Assembly (NCBI GenBank): GCA_965637545.1
Contig: OZ281498.1
Span: 12,834,001 to 12,898,000, forward strand
DNA: 64,000 bases
Source: Phallusia mammillata
Lineage: Eukaryota
Direction of reading: 5' to 3'
A model generated the notes under the pieces. It did not search any database. It saw only the letters and a list, made by a program, of their open reading frames with translations, and was not told the origin of the DNA. The position numbers and the translations under genes were made by a program. Below, piece after piece: positions 37,232 through 49,100 of this stretch; the first letter of the stretch is position 1; every line of letters starts with the position of its first letter.

Positions 37232-38266
37232 GTTTATTCTACTGACGCAGCTTTAACCAGACCTTGGCAAATGAGTTTCTAAATGGCAAAAGTTTAATTT
37301 GCAGAGTTGAATAAGTTCCTTAAAAAAACTTCGGGCCTGGAAGTCAACTGTTCAACTGATTAGGACCTAAGCCGTTCCAACTTTGTTCCAAAAGGACAAA
37401 ACATCTATTTTATATCGGATTACTGCACTTTTTTGGTGTTTGCTTCTTTTTTACCCTGACTCATCCAGCTTGAAATTGACTTGCCCTCTGGCAAAAAGTT
37501 TGCCCGATTCACAAATTCAAAGTGGTTTTTGAAAACCCGCAAAAGCGAAGGCAAATTTAGAAATGTGAGAAAAAGCTGGGAGGATGAATTAAAAAGCAAC
37601 ACTGTCGTGTAATTTTGCTTTCTCGTGGGGTGCTGTTACATGGTTTCTCAAGTTTAAAATTCTATATTTGTTTTTTTTTCTCCTTCGAGTTGTTTCAAGC
37701 CTTAAAAAATGTATGCATTGAAACAAACTGTATTATGGTTTCATTTTAAACGTTTGCTTGTGCTGATTGTTTAACTTTGTAAATGCAGGTGCAACATAAA
37801 ATAAAGCTTACATAGGGTATATTCAATTGCCTCTGAAAAAACTCCTTGGTCTGCCTCAAGTGGAAACTGTTGACGGACGTAAAGCGTTGAAAGTCCCAAG
37901 TGTATTTGCAATTCTATAGGGCATGCAGTGTAGAAAAAGTAGCAACTAACAAAATATACTATTAACGCAATTGCTAAATTACATATATTCTGTAAAGTAC
38001 TCGAAGAAGTATCACAATAAATACAAGTTCCCAATATTTGTCCAAAAGCAAAAAAAAATAGGAAAAACGTCAATTAAATATAGAAGTTGTACTAATAGCT
38101 AATGTTAAAGAAACAATGTGGGCAGTTTCAATTTCAACTCGCATAAACGAAGCAGGTTGTAGTAACATGGTTGCAAATGCAAATGAAAGCCAGTCGTGAG
38201 TGATGTATAGGTCATACTAAAACCACAGTTGCTTTACGTTGTTATTGGTTGCATTCTTGCACTTGT

Positions 38267-40203
38267 TCAGAAGAAAAAGTTATTGAAATCACGCAAAAAT
38301 ATGAAACCGATTATCATAAGTGCGGTGGTGCTCAAGATGGAAACTATGTACTTGGAAGGGACGAACGTAAAATTGTAGCAAATCTTAGTTCGATGTGTTT
38401 GTGCAGGTGTAAAATGCTCAGCCAGCATCTCCTAAACAAAATATTGTTAAAGTGACGATACACAATTAAATCTGATGGATATGCTGCAAGTTATTGCAAT
38501 CAGTGTTCACAAACCAAAAACTTAAAAACCCACCCAACCGCCGTTTGCCACTACCCATTCGATGACAGTGTGTTTCATGTAGTCACTGGCGGTTCTGATG
38601 ACGCATTCAACAAGTTCGGAATTCCCCTGAATGAAAACCATTTAGTAAGTTTAAAAGTTCCTGAAAACTTATTTTACCGATTTATTACATTGATTGTTTG
38701 TGGCCAATTGGCTGATAAGTTTTTGCTGTAACTATTTTTTATTGTCTCCATCTTAACCCCGCACAGTCAACCGCATTGCGGAAAATAATGCCAAACTTTC
38801 TTTGTGTGACAGAAAAATGTCTGTTTTCCTTTTTTATCGCTTGCATTAAGTTGTTTTGCTGTCACACATTGTTTTTTTTGTAGTGAAGTACACCTATAGT
38901 AAATCGAGTGTGCAGTTTTATTGCACTGACATTACATCAAGCAATATTAAGAGCATGATTTATGGTAAAAATGGACACGAAGCTTACAATTTTCACAAAA
39001 CAAAATTAGTTTGACACAATAGCTTCGTGTAGCCTACTTGGGTCGCGAAACTTTGGGGCCTATTTTTGTGGTTCGCGTCAAAAAGCGTTTGTAGAAACCC
39101 GCATTGGGAGATTTTCTGTTTGCAAAACAACAGACTGGTATTTTCTATACCCACACGATCGCACCAATTACCTGCGCGACGCAGTCAACAGCCAATTCAC
39201 CCGCCACGCAAAACAACGAAAGTAATCTTCCCCAAGTAAAACTTTGCGGGTGTCCTCCCAATATGTGAGTGCCAAGCCGAAAGTACAGTCGTTGCAATGA
39301 TGCTTCGGAAAACCGCCTTTTCACGATGTGCGTGAATACACTTGTGTACACCACGGGATAATGTTTTTCGAGATCACAGCCTGGAATAATATTTTTAAAG
39401 GCATTTTATGGCATTTGTGTGATACTATTGGCTTGTTAACAAACACAAAGTAAACAATAAGCAAGCAATTGGCTGTGCAGCGATTTATGCCAAACGAACA
39501 AACAAGGTACAGGGAGGTAAATACAGATAATACGAACCGTGTGATTATCAACCTTTAATGGTTCCTCTTGAATAAGCACTCAACCATCAATAAAAATGTA
39601 AAATTCTGTCTATTTCGAGGAAAAAACGGTGGGTCACAAAGGAAACTAGAATGCCCAAGGAGGTCTTATTGACTACCTGTGTATTTTGTTGTTGTTTATG
39701 GGTGGGTGTCGGCAGTAGGGGCTTACATTCGTAGCCCCATGAAAAACATCTCGTGGTCACTTTGACTTAAGAGTGTTATGGGCCCCGGTTACAAAACTCT
39801 ATGTTATCCTAATATTGCGCTTGCGCATAAAACAGTCGAATGAGGATGATGGTGTAACATCAGCTGGTAAATGTGATAAGATGCTGCAATTTCGGAACGT
39901 TATTATTACCTACACCCGACATGACATTTACAGTTTAAACAGACACTTTACATTAAAGCTGGCGTATATTGATGAACACGCAGCGTTACAACAGCTTAAC
40001 CACATGTAGCACTTACCAAGGTTCAGGATCCGGTTTGACAGTGCCTGATCGCTGGCTGGTTCAATCTGGGTTACATGCACCTGCTGTTCGTATCCGCTAC
40101 GTTTGAGCCGATAGCACACGTAATCCCTGCACAGTCCCGCTGCTAACACGCAAGCTTCGTCGTAAACTGCCGGAACAAACACCGAGTCATCACCGCTCTG
40201 CAT
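38267..40203 (-). CDS. BOK: Bcl-2 family protein BOK (BH4, BH3, BH1, BH2, C-terminal TM), 4 coding exons
   Basis: Exons 40203 (or upstream ATG 40305)-40017, 39380-39172, 38626-38534, 38431-38267. Peptides AGLCRDYVCYRLKRSG, LNLGCDLEKHYPVVY, FTWGRLLSLFCVAGELAVDCVAQ, WVVANGGW and a hydrophobic tail IVSILSTTALMIIGFIFL align with human BOK (LGREYVHARL, ITWGKVVSL..LAVDCVRQ, RRRGGW). The start codon is uncertain. Confidence 0.88.
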
Positions 40204-40488
40204 TACAGAAGGTGACAGTTCGCCGGCAAGTTCTTCATCCTTTGTCTTGCTTGTCTTGCTTCCTCTATAACCAACAATGCAGGTACAAAAGTGCGTTTGT
40301 GACATCACTTCGTGTCACCTCACGCAGCTGTATAAAGTCAGTCTATAAGCTGTGATAACACCCCGCAGCCTACTTAAATTGACATTTTGAAATGTCAATT
40401 ATATTACGGCAATTAACAACGACAGCAATTAGTGAAGAAAAGCCTATGCTACATACCAAAAGTTCTGTCAATGAATAGCACCAGCTTG

Positions 40489-40543
40489 TTGATAAAACCA
40501 TTAACATCACCTCTTGATAAAACCATTAACATCACCTCTTGAT
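40489..40543. repeat. 25-bp tandem duplication upstream of BOK
   Basis: TTGATAAAACCATTAACATCACCTC x2 plus a partial third copy. Confidence 0.85.
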
Positions 40544-41437
40544 TTGAAAGGTATTTTCCAGACATTGTAATATTTTGGTATTGCGCCTTGCGGACTGATA
40601 TAGTCTTGTTGCCTTGCAATTTAAAGGGGCTGAATTAGGCTATTGCATCTACCACAAATCGACGCTCACAATTTAATGATCATTAAACTCATGTTTGTGA
40701 CGAATGACAATCTTTTTTACAGAAAATAACCGTCAAATCAATATGCAATGTCCGACTAGTTACCTCACTGTTTAGCAGTAAGTATCAATAGCAAATATGT
40801 ATTTAATGACAACTGTACTTAAGCTACTGTAACTGGTTATAAAGGTTTTAATTTCAACTGTCCTTCATGTTTCTTGACACTAACGCACACTGCATTTATA
40901 GTTCAAAGACTTGAACAACTAACGTGGTTGAACCTATTTGGTTCTTCACATACACCGTAACCAAACTTGAATGCCAAGCACTGCACTCGTCTGGGCGCCT
41001 ACACTGAACCAATTCCAACACTCACTGAGGCATTTCAACAACGTCACAGGCGTGATCAGGGCTTCCGTGCAAAAAGCGCCGAGTTGCATGAACCGGTGAC
41101 AATTGCCCTGCAGGTCACTCGTTTAACAAAACTTTGCTGACTTGATTACACGCTGACAGTGCACTGATTCAACCTATAAATCTACACTATAGGAAATTAT
41201 TTTAAGACAACCACAGCACACATTACATGCTTCCATCCGTGCTAAAGGCACGTCAACTTTTATTGTACGTCTTTTTTACTTGAGTCACCTCATGACTAAG
41301 ACTTGCATAAAGCCCATAGACTCACGTAACAATTAAACAGCGTGCGTTCTTTTGTCCCGCTAAACAAGAATCGATGTTGCTGATAGCCAGGTTGGGATGG
41401 AACTTGGGCATAGCGGCCTCTACGGAATTTAGTTCTT

Positions 41438-44339
41438 TCATGTGTCAGTTGAAGATTTTAATAGTGTATTTTGGCATTCGTCTCCGGTTGGTTTCAAGCG
41501 CAGAGCTTTCAGTATTTTGCGCAAACGCACCGAACAAATTCGACGACAGCGTTTGTTCCACAGTCCTTCTTTTCTCTGGAAAAGGCGCAACTGGTCTGAA
41601 ACACAACGAGACAAATAATGATATTTGAACACACGTACCGGAATTCGGTTATTTTACATGGCTATTCCTACGGTAAACGTAGACGTGTAGCATGTCTTGC
41701 ATTGTACAAGGCAATTTTAATAAATGTTAGCCACTTACTACGACCATGATATCAATAATTTGCTGTCATATCATTTCTAAGATTGTTATACCATTTCTAA
41801 GTTTACAATTAACTTACATTCGCTGGTGTAGCCAATGGGCTGAAAGACGCCACGTAACCGTTTTTCTTCTGCAAAGCGCTCGTATGTGCTTTGTCGCAAA
41901 GTAAGAACTTCCCGTTGTTTTAGGTCTGGTTGACAGAAAAGATCAAATTTACTTGGAGATGACATCGCTACAACAAGAGCTTGAATAGCTCAAAACGGTA
42001 TTGTTTGATATTACAAGTTTAAATCTGTCTTTAAGGGAATTGACAATATTGTACCAGGAAGTTAAACAAATACAATTAGTAGTTAAGTAACTTCTCTCAC
42101 ACATGTGTAATTTAATTCGAAATAACAGACTGGATCAAACTTCATACCTGTATTGATAGACCAGTTGTAAATACGAACTGAAGTGGGCAAATGAACTGCC
42201 AACACATTATCAAAATGCTCAGTGCTGTTATGTTTATCCACAGAAGATGTGTTTCCAATCGTGTTCACAAATTGATAAACTGCTATACACGACGTCTTGT
42301 TATCCATGTTATTTTCTTGTACCCTTTTTAGAGACTTGTGTGTTGTTTCGCAACGTGGGCAGCAACGATTTTTCTCTGGGCTTTCGCAGGTTTCTTGGGA
42401 ACGTACAATGTCACATTTGGGCATTTTGCACTTTACTTCACCGTTCTGTCAACAAGCAAAAATCGGTAAAGATGTTGCACAATAACCCAAACGTCAAATG
42501 TAGGCTATTGTTGTTTGCGATGGGTCGAGCTACTAACACAAGAACTCACAGCAGAAAAGGTTTGCTAAATACGGATAGGTGGCGTACCGCAGTTATTTAA
42601 ATTAACATTACGACTGCATGGTTAGGGACTAATTTAACAAAAAGCTCTGGATTTTTAGATTGATGTTATTTCTATTATTGTTATGAAACCTCATACTAAC
42701 CCTAATAGCCCTAAACGTCAGCATTTTTTACACAAACTGCATTTAACATATTTGAGCGCGCCACCTACCGGAATTTAGCAAACCCGTCTGCTGTAAGTAC
42801 TGGTGTTAATAGCTCTACCTTTGCGATCTTTAAACAGATCAAAATATACCATTTTTTTCACTAAACCTCCAGGACTGATAGGTGTGGAAATGCTAAATAG
42901 GTTGAGAACTATAATAATCACATGCCGAAAAAGACGCCAGGGGGTGCTACAACATTATTGGTGATTTTAAATAGCTCAGAGTTCGAGCTCGTGAAAAAAA
43001 AACTTGATTCCATTGCAGTTGTTGCATGAATTTTTAGCTTAATTTTTGTTTGTTCTACGTTCTAAGTTTCCTAATTCCATAAACAACAGTTTGTTTTGTA
43101 TTAGGCCTAGTCCACGCAAATCATATAAAAACTGATGTTTATGTTAATCTTACCTCACAACTGCATTCTATGCATATTTTCTTGTTTGCTTGCGGCAGTT
43201 CTGCCTTCCATGTGTCGCCACTTCTATGATCTTTGCCCGCAAACGTACAAAATTGGTTCGGATTCAAACTGTCTTTTGTTAAAGTCTGCATAAAAGGATG
43301 TCTTATGTCGCCCCCAGGTAAACGATTTTCAGTTTTGGGAATTTGCAAGCCTCCATCGACTTGAACCGGAAAGTTGGGCATGGTTCTATCGGTACAAACT
43401 GGGCAACAATCCTTGTCTGTAAAATCCGGTTGAGGACAAGCAATGGGTAGGCACAATTTAGTGCGACAGTAAGTTTCACCAGCCTGTTGATATAAAATAG
43501 TTAGAAACATTAGCATTATTCCACGTTTCTTCCGCTGGGTGGACTGCTGAGACAGGCGTCGGTTTGATTTGATTAATTTTTCGTAACGACATAAGTAGGA
43601 TATATGTGCTAACCGTAAGCATTTTAAAATCATCTAAAAAACAAGCTATCGCTTACCACACAAGCACATTGTCTGCATACGCTTCGGTCAAGGGAAATCT
43701 GTTGATAATTTTTCCCAGAAAACGTTTCACCGTGTCTGTGGTAAACCCCATTCTCGAAACAAACCGAGTTTTTTCTCGGTACGGCAGATCCCACATTTTC
43801 ATTATCTGTTGGCCACCCACCACTGTTCGTCGAAACCTTAAAACTAAAAAGGTTTGGATGTTTCTCAGTTTGACCAGTTACGCCAATACCCTCTGAACTT
43901 GCAGTATGACCATACATTGCAGTTGATTCACACCTCTTGCACTTTGTGTTTCCCTGGACAAACCAACATGCTGTTTTAAAACAAGGTAGGGTATGTAAAC
44001 CTCATTTATATAAAAGCACGTATACCCTACCATTTTGCAAACGCAGGTCAAACAGAGGTTTTTAGCCAAACCCGTGTTGATCGGACTCCACATCTCACCG
44101 TTGTTGCGAACTATTCCGTTCATTACACAACTCGACACGCCTAAAGTTACAAAATGTGTTAAGTAAGCCTACATCAGTTATTGTTGTCAGTAAGTTACAA
44201 AATTAGAGTCACCATTATTTATTCAAAGATCGGAGTGCATGCAATGTTTACCTGTAGGATAGCCACTGGTTTTCAACGTTAATCCAAGTATAAAACACAT
44301 TGCTTCGAGACAGTGAGTTAAACTATGAGCAGAAAGCAT
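41438..44339 (-). CDS. CHRDL: Chordin-like protein (signal peptide, 3 VWC/CR repeats, CHRDL1/2-type C-terminal domain), 7 exons
   Basis: Exons 44339-44252, 44140-44031, 43953-43657, 43483-43154, 42445-42148, 41925-41818, 41595-41438. VWC2 CFENG..CRQCACVAGETYC..CCPVC; VWC3 CTFAG..CIECSCENGEVKC..CCPRC. The tail VRIYNWSINTDLKQ..RCRRICSVRLRKILKALRL resembles the CHRDL1/2 C-terminal domain (VEVHVWTIRKG..CSSRVCRTELEDLVKVL). Confidence 0.82.
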
Positions 44340-46187
44340 GTTAAACTAGCCAGGCTACTTCCAGTACAGAACCACTACTAAAATATAAACCAAATCACAC
44401 CGTCAACATCGTCGCTTTAACTCAGATGCATTGAAACAGCAAAGAAGTTATTTGCCGCTGGAAAAAAAGCTTGCCTGTTGAAGAATGCCTTCAAAAAGAG
44501 ATTAGCGACACCCGTGTCATTGTTTTTGATGGCGGCCGTGATAATCCGGCGACTTTCAGGTGCAGTCCTGTAAAGGTTTGTCAAGTGGTGCAAATGGGAG
44601 AAGAAATGTATTGACAAGAACACAATACAAGGTGTGAGTGGTTGCCGAAGTAATGGGACATCCTGACGACTTGATCTTTACACATTTAGCTCACAATAGT
44701 TTTTTTTAATGTTTTTTTGTTTGATTTCATACTTTTATATCACAAAAATTAGCAAAAATGGAAGGATGTCATGCTGGCAATTCCCATCCTGCGAAAGAAG
44801 AAAAATCCTAAGTAACACATTTTCATTTGTCATACATTTCTTGGATTTTGTCGATATTTGTTGTGACCATCATTAACAAACCCTTTACATTGCTTTTGAT
44901 CATAGATGGATTTTTACGAGCTGTTCGCTTTGCGCGCTGCGGAGCTGTAAGTTGTTTGCTTGACAATAATCAAAACTTCGTCTACGTATGTGAACCGCTT
45001 GAGCTCAATGCGTTGTGCTCGATCGGCGGCTTCTTTATAGTTCGGTGCATTGATACTGCTGACTGTTGAGTGCCGAAACATTGTTTGCATTGGACGTTGC
45101 TGGCATTAAGTGCAATGGAGCAAACGTCGCCAGCAGACTGTGTTGTTTTTTGAGTTTATAAACCGCTATGGTTTGGCTTAAGTGCGGTAAAGTTAGCAAA
45201 TACATTCAGTACATTTTCGTTTGTTGTTATGTTAAGGCAAGATTCAAAAAAGTGTCTAAGTGGCAGCATAATATTTGTCGATTCATGGAAATAGATATTA
45301 TGTGAAACAAACAACCGCAAATGGTTACAAACGTATAGAACGAAAGGGATGGTGTCTTATTTAGGCAAGGTGCAGTTATACAAATCTAAACTGTCAGAAA
45401 TGTTATGTACACACTGTCAGAAATAAGTCTCACAAAAATATGAAAAACAAACTGAAACTAAATGTGTACAGAAATAATCACCATAAATATAAATTTTATG
45501 AAAACAACACAGTGTTAGTAATTTGCCACCCTGTATAGGCATATGCTTTTTTTTTGGTTTGGTTAAATTTTTGCCAATAGGCATGTATATAAGGCTCTTT
45601 TTGTTTCCGTTTAATGCTGATGTAGAATTAAATTCCAAGCAATATTTGATTGTGATTGCTTATTTAATATTTGTTTTTCATCAAACTAAGTTTTCTATAT
45701 ATTATATGTTTCAGGTACATATATTGCTCTTGCTTATTTTTTTATTTATTCTCCTTATCCGTGTTTTTTTGTGTGTATTCAATGTCTTTAATGTTGTTTC
45801 AAAGCTGTGTTTTTGATTGTTACTTATACCCTAGCGGTGTTTGCTTGGGTTGTTCACGAATATTATTATGTTGAAGTGCTAATTTGCTTTAAAATCACCA
45901 CATTTGCACTGAAACAGATTTTATGATTTTACACTATCAGTGAGGTAGATTGCCATGGTTTTGTTGAAGGGTAAATGTGTACACCATGTTGTTGCACTGA
46001 ATTTTGAAAAGTGAATGTTTTTTATTTGTTGACAAACTATTGTTGAACATTGAAATATTGCATGATGCTTTTTCTAACAAGTAAACAAGATATATTTTCA
46101 AAATTTATTAGACAATAGCTTCTTTGAATGTTTGTGTGCTGAAAAGACTACAGCCCTTGTGGCTTACTCCATGCTCTTGATTGCAAT

Positions 46188-49100
46188 ATGCCTGTGCCAA
46201 CAATGGAAAATAGCAATGTAGCAACTAATAGAACACCTGAATATGATCACCACCTGCAGCGCTCTGAAGGATTGTGCCACACAAATGAACGTGTATATGA
46301 TAGAGAAAATCCATCATCTGAGGTAAATATAGCATAAATGATAAAAAAACATTCCAGCAACAGACATACTATGTAATAGCATACTTGTGTTAATTTAGTA
46401 AAAGTTAATAAAAGATGAAACAACATCATACATTTTAAGTACATTTGCATGATTTTTATAATTTCCCCTGCAGCCTGCAGGTAATGCATTTTTTAGCATT
46501 TTTGCAACACTTTAGTACAATAAGGACTAAAATAGATATCGGTATTGATTGGACATATTTAACACTTCCAATTGATGATTTGGACTTCAAAGTTTAGATA
46601 GTAAATTGTAAAACTGTTTAGGATAACGTTCTGCATTTGTCGGTCAAACACCTCCCTACAAACGTACATATTGCATGACTGCGCACATGCCCCAATCGAT
46701 ACAAGGCTACCAACGGTAAACAATGGTCAATGGTACATCTGTGTTCTCGTCTCACGGCGCCCGTTCGCACCCAATGATCGCCCGGTTTCCGGTGAGGTCG
46801 ATCCTACTTGCAAAGTTGACACGCTCATCTTCAGTGGTTAGCTAGGCAAAGTGGGTAGACAGACTCTTTTAGACGACGAACGGTGCTTCCTCCCTTAGCT
46901 TTCTGTGTTGTTTCATTCATTGTGGCGAGAGGGACAAGTGCAGGGCAGCCGGGCCTCCAACATTCCGACTTTATGGTTGGCAAAAATCAGAAAAGAAAAA
47001 ACCCGCAATCCTAGTGAAAGGAGGCTGTTGTTTCAGTCAGCTGTTTTCAGTGGGTTATCAAAGAAAGAAATCATTGCTAACGCGAGGGATTTAAAACTAA
47101 AACTTAATATGGTTCATATACAAGGATTTTTTACGATGTTAGTATCTCTGAACAGTTTAGGTTCTATACACTCGATGACGTATTACTTGTACTTACGGTG
47201 TGTGTCTAAAACTTAACGAAGGTCTCTGTAAAAAATGTTATGTTTGTCTGTGCAGTAGATAGTTTTTTTGTGACGTTTATCCAAAATGCGGACAGAGAGA
47301 CCGCCGAGTGCCGAAGGCTACAGCTGTACAGTAAATAGCTCGATTTAAAGAACATGACGGCACTTTGCATGTTGTTGAAATAAATTTCTTTGCCTCCGGT
47401 GTTTCATTGAATTGTCGGCGTAAAGACTGAAATAAAGGTATTTTGTCGTCGTAAGAATACTGTACCTAAGCCAGTACATCACTTTCAGATTTTTTGGGGG
47501 GGATTTTCAACACCTAACCATTTGTCTGGTAACGGTATGGAATGCAGCAATATGGGTAAAAAAATGAGAAATCCACTCTAGCTTTGCATGCATCGATTGT
47601 TGGTTCGTGCGAGGTCGGTTGCATTTTAAGTGTCGCACTTCGCGCCGTATGACGTAAATGCGCTTCCAACATGAATCGGTTCAATTTTTCATGAGCCTGG
47701 TAGCTTCGCCTTGCGCACAGAATTTTCATTTGCCAAACTAACAGATAAAGTGCGAGGGCATCTTTTGCGTCAAACTCGTAATCGGCAAACCTGGGTAAAA
47801 TGTATTCAAATGCAAACTGTTCACAAGATGCATATTTTCCATCACAATTCTGCATTGCCCCGTCCCGGTGGTCTTGAACTCTTGCCAGTCACGTTTCTAT
47901 CCTGTCTGGTCATGTCTAGCGGCGCTTTCGCTTCTAAATTCATTGCATTTATGGACATTTGGTAACTCGTGACCTGTTCGGTGTGATTCCGTTTAGTAGC
48001 CTCGTTTACATATATCAGATAATTTTGTGATATATTTTAAATATCTCTGTTCGAGGACATGGTAATTTCTTCAACAAACTTTTTGGAATGACTATAGCCT
48101 GAACAAGATGTTTTTATATCATACACATACCGGGCGGTAAGGTCGTGGCAGTCACTTGTAAGGCGGAACGAGACTCAGAGCCACTGCACTGGCGTTTACC
48201 TGCATGCTCTGTCAAATCTAGGTCACACGTCACACAGTTCATCCGTTCACACATGAACAGTGTTTCGCAGCGGCAGGTTTTTGTACCAAACTCAGTGTCC
48301 AATTGCAATGCATTGGTATAAAGGTCTTGCGCACCGCGAGTGACACTGGTCGTTTCAGCGTGATTTGTACACGTGTTAGTTTGATCAATCCTCCACACAG
48401 TACTGTGATTTGAATGGAACCGTCCAATCGTTTCCGGTGTGTTGTGTATGGTATTCGGCTCATAGTGACTGTTCATTCCGAGCGCACAGTACAGAGCGTC
48501 CCGTTGGTATTTTGCAGTGTTGTGGTTCCCAGATTTTTCGTAGCGGCGAGGCTGATGCGCTTGAATTTCGCAAGACACTCGCTGGTACGCCTAAAAGCTG
48601 TTTATCAATGTGCCTCAGAGCAGAGCCTAGAATTCTCGACGGGCGGGCTTTTCCTACATCGCTAAAGCGTCTGGCCGTCTTTGCCAAGTGCCAGTTCCTG
48701 TTTTTGTGTTTCTCGCCGTAGACGTCGAGAACTTGAAGGGCTTTAATAAAGGCAACAAGTAGGCATTTTGCGAGTTACGATCTGATACCAACACACGGAG
48801 AAGAGTTGTCCCATGTGACATCGACTGTAGTCAGATAGCGAATGGGTGAGAAAATATATTGCGGTTTCTTTTTGGCTCAGAATCAGGTACTTTTAGCAAG
48901 ACACGCAATTGCCACGTAACGCGGTAATGTGCGATGATTTCGGTCCCGTTTTCGCAGTATGCCTTAGCTCGTGTGTTTTATTTGTGCAGTTTTAGGTGAT
49001 GGAAATTGTAAAATTTACATTTTAAAGAAAAATATTTTGTTGATGATGTATTGAAAAAGGATTTAAGAAAAAAAAATTTGTTGAAAAAATTTTTTTACAG

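Noticed and set aside
46160-46330. Minus-strand ORF interrupted by TGA, considered as a selenoprotein
   Set aside because: No redox motif or SECIS recognised; better explained as the antisense of the candidate FNDC3 first exon.
46800-46860. AGTGGTTAG A-box-like string suggesting a tRNA or SINE
   Set aside because: No B-box and no cloverleaf pairing.
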